Below, in pieces: positions 20,391 through 27,744 of a stretch of 32,000 bases of DNA. A program made the translations under genes and the position numbers. Each line of letters opens with the position of its first letter. The first letter of the stretch is position 1. Under the pieces are notes generated by a model. It did no database searches, was not told the DNA's origin, and saw nothing but the letters and a program-made list of their open reading frames with translations. The DNA comes from Schaalia meyeri (GTDB taxonomy: Bacteria > Actinomycetota > Actinomycetes > Actinomycetales > Actinomycetaceae). The DNA lies in contig NZ_FNLK01000005.1 of the NCBI RefSeq assembly GCF_900105015.1, positions 427,461 to 459,460 of the forward strand, read 5' to 3'.

Positions 20391-20417
20391 GTCCCCGCGC
20401 CACTTGGTCGCGGGGAC
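20391..20417 (-). terminator. hairpin downstream of the lipoprotein gene
   Basis: GTCCCCGCG/CGCGGGGAC 9-bp stem, 24 nt beyond the stop at 20441. It is mirrored in the right arm at about 31899..31925. Confidence 0.4.
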
Positions 20418-20440
20418 GAGCTCTGCGCTGAGGGTGAAAC

Positions 20441-21439
20441 TCAGCCCGGGCTGCTGGAGGAATCCAGGCTGACCGAGACGATGGTTCGTTCTCCCCCGAC
20501 GACCTGGATGGTTCCGCCGGCGCTCTGCGACGGGATGCGCATGAGGACGGTCGCCAGGTAGTCCACTGTCGCTGATCCCTCCACGCTCGTGCCTGAGGAG
20601 CTGAGCGCCGCCGTATTCCCGGCGAGGCTCATGGTCGCCCCCGCGACTGTCCTCTGGTAGGTGAGGGTGTACTTGAAGTTGGCGGCCACCAGTGCCGATC
20701 CATCCTGCAAGACCAGGCCCGAGATCGGGTAGTCCGACGCTGTCGCGGCAGCCGTCACGGTGCCGGCCGCGCTGACGGACGAATTAATGTCCGCCACGTT
20801 CGACAGGTACAACTTCGTGAACTCATCCGCGACGAATTGAGTGGTGTCTTGGCTGCCGGAGTTCAGCATCGTAATGTACTGCGCCAGAGCCGTGTCGGGG
20901 CTCACGGTGAAGCCGTCGGAGGTGCCGGTGACGTACGCCGATCCGGTGCCGACGGGCGGCAGCGTCAGCTGGGTGCCGCCCAGGAGGCGAGCGTAGTTGG
21001 TCAGCTGATAGTCGGAACGAGCCGAGTCCTGCACGTACACCTGCAGGACCGGCAGGGCTGTAGAGGACGATCCAGAGATGTTGAAGATCGCACGGGGCCA
21101 CGATTCAGAGTTCGTGATCGCCAGCGAGGTGGGGGTGAAGTCGAGGGTCTGCGGAGTCTGCCCCGTCGCACTCGCGAGCGCGTACTGCGCGGTCCGGGTC
21201 GCCAGGGCGCCCTGCGAAACACGCCCAGACAGGTCGGAGGCGTTCAGTGAGCCGTCCGCCTTCGTCATAGCCGTACCGGCCTCACCAAGCACGGAAGAGA
21301 TGCGCTCCAGGTCAAGGTTCGCCGCGCTCTGGGCGTCAGCCTCCGACTGGGCGACAATCTCGCCCGAGCACGCGCTGATCCCGAGGGTAGAGGCCAAGAG
21401 CAGGGTGGCGGTTGCCGTCGCCAGTGTCCGTCGTTTCAT
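20441..21439 (-). CDS. hypothetical lipoprotein (Ser/Thr/Ala-rich, secreted)
   Basis: 332 aa. Signal peptide plus lipobox MKRRTLATATATLLLASTLGISAC. The start overlaps the upstream stop (ATGA at 21436..21439). Confidence 0.8.
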   Translation of the reverse strand: MKRRTLATATATLLLASTLGISACSGEIVAQSEADAQSAANLDLERISSVLGEAGTAMTKADGSLNASDLSGRVSQGALATRTAQYALASATGQTPQTLDFTPTSLAITNSESWPRAIFNISGSSSTALPVLQVYVQDSARSDYQLTNYARLLGGTQLTLPPVGTGSAYVTGTSDGFTVSPDTALAQYITMLNSGSQDTTQFVADEFTKLYLSNVADINSSVSAAGTVTAAATASDYPISGLVLQDGSALVAANFKYTLTYQRTVAGATMSLAGNTAALSSSGTSVEGSATVDYLATVLMRIPSQSAGGTIQVVGGERTIVSVSLDSSSSPG

Positions 21440-22965
21440 CGCCTATCCTCTTCGCCCTCTGTGAGCCAGCCGGACATGATCGACGTCCAGCCTCCGGTCG
21501 CCGAAGCGTCATCGTCGGGGGCCGAGGTCGGTGCGGGTGTCTGCTCGGAGTTTTGGGGACGGGTCACGGGGATCAATCCAGTGTTGAATTCCTGGCCGTC
21601 CACCACGACAATGTGCTCGCCGTTATTGCGGGCTTCGCGCAGTGCGCGACGCGACGGCAGGGTGCGCCCACCCCGAATACCAGACAGATCGATGACGCCG
21701 GTGTCCGTCGTGGCGCGCTCGGGCGGATCCTGATCGATCGGCCCCTGCTCCAGGCCGTGACGACCGCGACGCTTCAGGGTGTCCGTTAACGGATCGGGGA
21801 CGTAATCGTCTTGGCCGCGCTCGGCGACGTCCGGATCGATCGCGCGCTCCGGGTCGTGATGGCCGCGACGCTTCACGGTGTCCCTCAATGGATCGGGAAC
21901 GTAGGCGTCCTGACCGACGGCCTCGGTGCCCGGATCGGGGGTCGCTAACCGCTCGGCCGCTTCCCTCCTGTCCTGATACGAGGCCGGGGGAACGTCGCGA
22001 ATTGCCGTGTCTTCTATGGAAGGCTCCAGGGGTACCACATCCTCGGGGGACGCCGCTAAGCCAGCGGCTGCCCACTCATCACTTTGTTCGGTCTTGTGCT
22101 GCGCGCCCGACGGGCCGCTCATATTTTCTCGCTCCGCTGCCCCGTCGGTATCGGGGGCGGGAGATGATCCACGGTCGGCGGCGACGCGCTCGGCGACTGC
22201 CGCGGAGTTGATCGAGGCGGTTTCAAGGGAATCGGCCTTACGGCGTTCCTCGATGCGCGCGGCACGAATCCTGCGCAAGCGCAGCAGCTGCCAACGCGTC
22301 AGGAACAGCGCGAGCGCGATCAGGGCAAACACGCAGGCGGCAAGGAAGGCGATGATCGCCAGCGTGTTCGTCTGCTCAACCTTCCACGTGAGCGTGAGCG
22401 TCAGGTCGCCCGCGCCGGCCGCGGACACCGCCAGGGCGGACTTTCCGGCCGACACGTTCTCCAGGTCCAAGCTCACGGTTCCCTCGCCGCTGGCCTTCTT
22501 GAACCACATGTCGGAGGAGGCCAGCTGCGACACCAGATCCGCGGACGTGGGTTCCTTCAGGGGCTGGGCGCCCGACTGCACGCCGGACTGCGACGGCCCG
22601 GTCGGTGTCGTATTTCCCGACGAAACGGCCTCGTGTGACTCGGCTTTCAGCTTCTTGCGATCCGACTCCACGCCGATGACCTCGGTGTAGGCCGCGTCGC
22701 CGATCCACCCCTTGACGTCCTGCGTCGTACCGATGCCCAGCGTCACGGCTGCACCCGACTTCGACGTCGCAGTGACTGTCACGTCATCCTTCACGATCGA
22801 CAGCACGTTGCCGCGCGTCATGATCAGATCCGTCGCCGATTCGACCGACGAGACCTGTTGCGTCGGGGGTCGGAGTACGGTCACGCCGAGCAGCCCGACG
22901 AGGACGCATACGAGAGAGACAACGCCCATCGACGCTGCCACCACGTATCGCTTAAGAAATTCCAC
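21436..22965 (-). CDS. hypothetical bitopic membrane protein with an acidic/Arg-rich repeat-containing tail
   Basis: 509 aa. GTG start with GAGGAG 6 nt upstream. TM1 is VVAASMGVVSLVCVLVGLLGV and TM2 is LAIIAFLAACVFALIALALFL. The long low-complexity C-terminal half contains a tandem 33/34-aa repeat. Confidence 0.8.
   Translation of the reverse strand: MEFLKRYVVAASMGVVSLVCVLVGLLGVTVLRPPTQQVSSVESATDLIMTRGNVLSIVKDDVTVTATSKSGAAVTLGIGTTQDVKGWIGDAAYTEVIGVESDRKKLKAESHEAVSSGNTTPTGPSQSGVQSGAQPLKEPTSADLVSQLASSDMWFKKASGEGTVSLDLENVSAGKSALAVSAAGAGDLTLTLTWKVEQTNTLAIIAFLAACVFALIALALFLTRWQLLRLRRIRAARIEERRKADSLETASINSAAVAERVAADRGSSPAPDTDGAAERENMSGPSGAQHKTEQSDEWAAAGLAASPEDVVPLEPSIEDTAIRDVPPASYQDRREAAERLATPDPGTEAVGQDAYVPDPLRDTVKRRGHHDPERAIDPDVAERGQDDYVPDPLTDTLKRRGRHGLEQGPIDQDPPERATTDTGVIDLSGIRGGRTLPSRRALREARNNGEHIVVVDGQEFNTGLIPVTRPQNSEQTPAPTSAPDDDASATGGWTSIMSGWLTEGEEDRR
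21715..21915 (-). repeat. in-frame tandem duplication (99 + 102 nt) inside the membrane-protein gene
   Basis: GQDAYVPDPLRDTVKRRGHHDPERAIDPDVAER (21817..21915) is followed by GQDDYVPDPLTDTLKRRGRHGLEQGPIDQDPPER (21715..21816). Confidence 0.8.
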
Positions 22966-23079
22966 GGTTGCTCCTCATCTCCATGCCCACGCTGAGGGCA
23001 TTATTCAGTCCCCACTCTACGTGCTAACCACAGCAACGACCGTGTTCGCACGCGAGGCAGTGATACATCACATCCATAG

Positions 23080-23376
23080 CTACACCGGTCGAAGCCCGCG
23101 CCGCCAGCATTCGGAGTGCCAGTGGCGGCGCCCATTCACCCCCTGAGGCAGCCCGAAGGGGGTCTCCTCCGGCCATGCCACCACGTGAGCGGTACCCTTC
23201 AGGATCGGGCGCAGGCAGGCCGGACACGTGTACTCCTTGGAGGCACTGGGCAAATGGCGCACTTGGTAGTCCCCGCCGTCGGGACCGCGTTCCGTGCGCG
23301 CCGCAGAGGCGAGGCGGTCCATCTGCAGGGGGCGCGCCTCACCCCACGGTCGCTTCTTGCTGCGTTTACCTCTCAC
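23080..23376 (-). CDS. small conserved Cys/His protein (CPAC ... HWHSEC), function unknown
   Basis: ORF 23080..23400. The GTG at 23376 forms a GTGA overlap with the nagA stop (23373..23375), giving VRGKRSKKRPWGEARP.... I recall similar small actinobacterial proteins being labelled ATP/GTP-binding protein, but I cannot verify this. Confidence 0.6.
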   Translation of the reverse strand: MRGKRSKKRPWGEARPLQMDRLASAARTERGPDGGDYQVRHLPSASKEYTCPACLRPILKGTAHVVAWPEETPFGLPQGVNGRRHWHSECWRRGLRPV

Positions 23377-24581
23377 GCGACTACAGTGCCACGGCGCCAC
23401 ACGCGGTGCACGTTCAGCTGCGCGTCAACCTCGACGACGTCCGCCTTCTTACCGGCGGCGAGCGAACCGATCGTGTCGTCGCCCAGTATGGTGGCACCCT
23501 GGGCGGACGCCATGTAGACGGCATCCACCAGAGGGATGCCGCCGCGGGTGACGGCGACGCGCACGCAGTCCAGCAGGTGCGCAGTGCCTCCAGCGATCGC
23601 GTTGCCCTGGGCGAGGCGCGCAACGCCGTCCCTGACGACGACGTCCTGAGGCCCCAGCGTGTACTCGCCGTCGGGCATGCCCGCGGCGGCCATCGCGTCG
23701 GTAACGAACACGACGTGCTCGCGCCCCACCATCTCGTACACGTCACGCACCAGCGTCGGGTCGACGTGGATCGAATCGCAGATCAGCTCGACGACCGCGC
23801 CGCCGCGCGCCGCGTCCGACAAAAACTCGGCGACCGGACCCGTGTCACGGTGGTGCAGGGGCCGCATGCCATTGAACAGGTGCGTGATCGTTGCCCGAGG
23901 GCCACGCTTTGTCTTCACCTCCGCGAATCGCTCGCGGGAGTATTCCAGCGCCTGGCGCGCCATGACCGAATTGGAGTCCGTGTGGCCCCACGAGGGCAGC
24001 GCTCCCCCATCGATGAGCGCTTCGGCCACAGAACCCGGGCCGTACGCTCCGGGTTTTTCCGGGGCGAGCGTCATCGACAGCGCGTGTCCCTGGCAGTCCT
24101 TGAGCAGTGTCAGCGTTAGGGAAGGATCGGGGTCGATGATGTAGGTCGGATCCTGTGCTCCGCAGCGCTCGTGGGAGACGAAGGGGCCCTCAAAGTGGAT
24201 GCCCGCAATCTCGGAATCGTTCGCCAGCTGGGCCAGCGTCGCGGCACGTCTGCGCAGCACGTCCGCCGAAGCGGTCACGCAGGAGGCAACCAGGGAAGTC
24301 GTCCCGTGGCGGCGATGCTCCATGACGGCCACGAGGGCGGCCTCGGCAGTCTCGGCGTTCGGGAAGGATTCACCGCCTCCGCCGTGGCAGTGAACGTCCA
24401 CCAGGCCGGGCAGGAAGGTCGAATCCGATGCCTCGGGCAGCGCAGCGTCGTAGTTTGACACGGGGCAGATGCGGGTAATGGTAGAGCCGTCGATCTCAAT
24501 AATTCCGTCGTCGACAACGGAATCTTCCAGCACCAGGCGGCCACGCAGCACACAATCAGTCATGTCCTCATTGTGGCACAC
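23373..24581 (-). CDS. nagA: N-acetylglucosamine-6-phosphate deacetylase-type amidohydrolase
   Basis: 402 aa. Metal-binding DVHCHGGGG, plus THLFNGM and VTDAMAAAG blocks typical of NagA. GTG start at 24581, with an alternative ATG at 24563 (MTDCVLRG...). Confidence 0.85.
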   Translation of the reverse strand: MCHNEDMTDCVLRGRLVLEDSVVDDGIIEIDGSTITRICPVSNYDAALPEASDSTFLPGLVDVHCHGGGGESFPNAETAEAALVAVMEHRRHGTTSLVASCVTASADVLRRRAATLAQLANDSEIAGIHFEGPFVSHERCGAQDPTYIIDPDPSLTLTLLKDCQGHALSMTLAPEKPGAYGPGSVAEALIDGGALPSWGHTDSNSVMARQALEYSRERFAEVKTKRGPRATITHLFNGMRPLHHRDTGPVAEFLSDAARGGAVVELICDSIHVDPTLVRDVYEMVGREHVVFVTDAMAAAGMPDGEYTLGPQDVVVRDGVARLAQGNAIAGGTAHLLDCVRVAVTRGGIPLVDAVYMASAQGATILGDDTIGSLAAGKKADVVEVDAQLNVHRVWRRGTVVA

Positions 24582-24589
24582 CTGACAGT

Positions 24590-25692
24590 TCAGCGCCGCT
24601 TCTCAAACAACCAATCTCCCCAGCGCGCCATTTCACGCTGAGCTTCTTCCGCATAGGAGGAGCCTCCCTCGGTGAAGGTAAGGTCACCGCCGGGAGAACG
24701 CGCCGCAACGACCCGTCCGTTCGCAACGACGATGGGGCGGAACATCCCATTCGCCCCAGGACAGATGAGGGCCTCACCAGCCCGGTCGGTCAGGCACGAA
24801 CGGTCACGATACCCAACATGCAGCTCGTCGAAGGAGGGCAGCGCAAACACTGCCCGGGCCTCGTCGCGGCTACGTTCGACAAGGTCATCAATATCGGCCC
24901 GCGCGACGCGCCCCTCACGCGAGATGAGCGGCCGACCGATACTCTCGCCGATCTGGGCCGAACCCGCCAGCGCACGACGCGCCTCGGTGAGCGTCAGCCC
25001 CGCCCACCGAGCAAGGTCCGCAGCATCCACGGGGCCGTGTCCCCACGCGTAGCGGGCGGCCAGGAGCGCGAGCGCCTCCTCGTGCCCGGACTCCCCCTTC
25101 GCGACGCCCGGAGCGCCCGGCAGCTGCCGGGCATCAACGATCAGGTGCTCCCCGCCCCGGAGCGGACCAGAGACGAGCACGCCGTCGAGGAAAAGCCTCT
25201 TGACCAGATGACGTTGCCGCACCCCGCCTACAGCTCCCGAGGTGACGGTTGCGATACCAGCCTCATCCCAGGCGCGGATGACCTCGCTGCGGCTCACACC
25301 CGAGGGTTCTCTCCCAGCAGCTCGAACACCGCCGCCGCGGCGTTCTCGACGAGAGCATCGCTGAGCCCCAACCCCGTCGATTGACGAATCCACGAAGCGT
25401 ATCGGTGGCGCAGCAACCGACGCAGCCAGTGATGATCGCGCGCGCTTGTCACATGCAACGTGTCGCGCATCGGCCAGGATCGGACGAGCTCACCCGAATG
25501 GAAGGACTCGGCGACCTGAGCGCGCGTGACCGCGGTGCAGCGCGCGCCGATCGCCCACGGGATCGCACGCACCATCTGGCCTTGGACAGCGAGCAGCAAC
25601 TCGACGGCGGCCACGGGATCGCTGCCGCGTGTGAGCGGCACCAGCCCCTGGGCGACGATGCGCGCCAGGCTGGTATCGGCCACCGCCACCAT
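24590..25692 (-). pseudogene. AlkZ/YcaQ-like winged-helix DNA glycosylase (DUF1006-type), frameshifted in this copy
   Basis: Split into ORFs 25294..25692 and 24590..25393. The mirror copy at 26633..27736 is one intact 367-aa ORF. The only difference is GGG (25304..25306) here against CCCC (27019..27022) there. Confidence 0.8.
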
Positions 25693-26191
25693 CAGAACAG
25701 CCTGGAGGATGGATCGTCAAAACCGCGCATCGCGTCGTAGTCCAGCACCACGCAGCGAATCCCACGGTCCTCGGCCAGCGTGCGCGCCTGCTTCGTGATC
25801 TCCTGCGCCGCAAAGATCCCCGTCACGTCCCCTAAAAGCGCGTCTCGCCCCAGCAGGGACAGGTAGCGCGTCAGCTGCTCGACGCCGTCGATGCCGCCCC
25901 GACGCTTCACCTCGATCGCCACGTGCCCTCCTTGAGCATCGCGCACCATCAGGTCTACCGGTCCGACCGGCGTCGGGTACTCACGGCGCACCAGCTCCCA
26001 CCCCTCGCCGAGGACCTGAGGAACCTGCTCCGCCAGCAGCTCCTGTAGGTGGGCCTCCACGCCGTCCTTGATCAGCCCCGGATCCACGCCCAGGTTCTCC
26101 GACACGTCAGCGATCACGTCGTGGATGCGGATCACGCAGGCGGTCTGTGACCTGCTTGTCAAGCGTGAACAAGACACGACGACACAAGCTG
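25692..26191 (-). pseudogene. nucS: endonuclease NucS (EndoMS), C-terminal nuclease domain only; the 5' end is cut off at the palindrome centre
   Basis: ...[94 protein letters not shown]...[15 protein letters not shown] matches the NucS C-terminal RecB-like domain as I recall it from Mycobacterium/Corynebacterium NucS. About 75-85 N-terminal residues expected for a ~220-aa NucS are absent. The ORF-track extension to 26276 reads into the opposite arm and is spurious. Confidence 0.8.
26136..26191. other. 56-nt non-palindromic centre of the fold-back
   Basis: GCAGGCGGTCTGTGACCTGCTTGTCAAGCGTGAACAAGACACGACGACACAAGCTG. Only CTTGT (26155..26159) and ACAAG (26169..26173) are cleanly complementary. 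Read on the minus strand it continues the nucS frame. Confidence 0.9.
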
Positions 26192-26633
26192 GTGATCCGC
26201 ATCCACGACGTGATCGCTGACGTGTCGGAGAACCTGGGCGTGGATCCGGGCTGATCAAGGACGGCGTGGAGGCCACCTACAGGAGCTGCTGGCGGAGCAG
26301 GTTCCTCAGGTCCTCGGCGAGGGGTGGGAGCTGGTGCGCCGTGAGTACCCGACGCCGGTCGGACCGGTAGACCTGATGGTGCGCGATGCTCAAGGAGGGC
26401 ACGTGGCGATCGAGGTGAAGCGTCGGGGCGGCATCGACGGCGTCGAGCAGCTGACGCGCTACCTGTCCCTGCTGGGGCGAGACGCGCTTTTAGGGGACGT
26501 GACGGGGATCTTTGCGGCGCAGGAGATCACGAAGCAGGCGCGCACGCTGGCCGAGGACCGTGGGATTCGCTGCGTGGTGCTGGACTACGACGCGATGCGC
26601 GGTTTTGACGATCCATCCTCCAGGCTGTTCTGA
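26192..26633 (+). pseudogene. nucS: nucS fragment, mirror copy with two 1-nt deletions
   Basis: GGG at 26248..26250 (left arm CCCC at 26076..26079) and CC at 26273..26274 (left arm GGG at 26051..26053) break the frame. Only the last 99 codons (26334..26633) remain as an ORF. Confidence 0.8.
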
Positions 26634-27736
26634 TGGTGGCGGTGGCCGATACCAGCCTGGCGCGCATCGTCGCCCAGGGGCTGGTGCCGCTCACACGCGG
26701 CAGCGATCCCGTGGCCGCCGTCGAGTTGCTGCTCGCTGTCCAAGGCCAGATGGTGCGTGCGATCCCGTGGGCGATCGGCGCGCGCTGCACCGCGGTCACG
26801 CGCGCTCAGGTCGCCGAGTCCTTCCATTCGGGTGAGCTCGTCCGATCCTGGCCGATGCGCGACACGTTGCATGTGACAAGCGCGCGCGATCATCACTGGC
26901 TGCGTCGGTTGCTGCGCCACCGATACGCTTCGTGGATTCGTCAATCGACGGGGTTGGGGCTCAGCGATGCTCTCGTCGAGAACGCCGCGGCGGCGGTGTT
27001 CGAGCTGCTGGGAGAGAACCCCTCGGGTGTGAGCCGCAGCGAGGTCATCCGCGCCTGGGATGAGGCTGGTATCGCAACCGTCACCTCGGGAGCTGTAGGC
27101 GGGGTGCGGCAACGTCATCTGGTCAAGAGGCTTTTCCTCGACGGCGTGCTCGTCTCTGGTCCGCTCCGGGGCGGGGAGCACCTGATCGTTGATGCCCGGC
27201 AGCTGCCGGGCGCTCCGGGCGTCGCGAAGGGGGAGTCCGGGCACGAGGAGGCGCTCGCGCTCCTGGCCGCCCGCTACGCGTGGGGACACGGCCCCGTGGA
27301 TGCTGCGGACCTTGCTCGGTGGGCGGGGCTGACGCTCACCGAGGCGCGTCGTGCGCTGGCGGGTTCGGCCCAGATCGGCGAGAGTATCGGTCGGCCGCTC
27401 ATCTCGCGTGAGGGGCGCGTCGCGCGGGCCGATATTGATGACCTTGTCGAACGTAGCCGCGACGAGGCCCGGGCAGTGTTTGCGCTGCCCTCCTTCGACG
27501 AGCTGCATGTTGGGTATCGTGACCGTTCGTGCCTGACCGACCGGGCTGGTGAGGCCCTCATCTGTCCTGGGGCGAATGGGATGTTCCGCCCCATCGTCGT
27601 TGCGAACGGACGGGTCGTTGCGGCGCGTTCTCCCGGCGGTGACCTTACCTTCACCGAGGGAGGCTCCTCCTATGCGGAAGAAGCTCAGCGTGAAATGGCG
27701 CGCTGGGGAGATTGGTTGTTTGAGAAGCGGCGCTGA
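26633..27736 (+). CDS. AlkZ/YcaQ-like winged-helix DNA glycosylase (intact copy)
   Basis: 367 aa. The ATG overlaps the nucS stop (TGATG). The N-terminal AVQGQM resembles the Q-x-Q catalytic motif I recall for AlkZ-like enzymes. The C-terminal part ends LPSFDELHVGYRDRS. Confidence 0.8.
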   Translation: MVAVADTSLARIVAQGLVPLTRGSDPVAAVELLLAVQGQMVRAIPWAIGARCTAVTRAQVAESFHSGELVRSWPMRDTLHVTSARDHHWLRRLLRHRYASWIRQSTGLGLSDALVENAAAAVFELLGENPSGVSRSEVIRAWDEAGIATVTSGAVGGVRQRHLVKRLFLDGVLVSGPLRGGEHLIVDARQLPGAPGVAKGESGHEEALALLAARYAWGHGPVDAADLARWAGLTLTEARRALAGSAQIGESIGRPLISREGRVARADIDDLVERSRDEARAVFALPSFDELHVGYRDRSCLTDRAGEALICPGANGMFRPIVVANGRVVAARSPGGDLTFTEGGSSYAEEAQREMARWGDWLFEKRR

Positions 27737-27744
27737 ACTGTCAG

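Larger units (their letters stand above)
20316..26135. repeat. left arm of giant inverted repeat (the outer limit is only the mirror of the window end, not a real boundary)
   Basis: Reverse-complement identity with 26192..32000. For example nagA is 402/402 aa identical, and the intergenic stretch 20341..20460 is identical base for base to the reverse complement of 31856..31975. Confidence 0.97.

Noticed and set aside
26100-26230. Hairpin telomere of a linear replicon as an explanation for the palindrome
   Set aside because: The symmetry point is inside a conserved housekeeping gene, the centre is a 56-nt asymmetric segment rather than a tight turn, no telomere resolvase or terminal-protein genes are present, and the flanks are core chromosomal genes.
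26192-26276. N-terminal part of ORF 25692..26276 ([29 protein letters not shown]...)
   Set aside because: It is produced by reading the minus strand across the palindrome centre into the opposite arm. It is not NucS-like and is an artefact of the fold-back.
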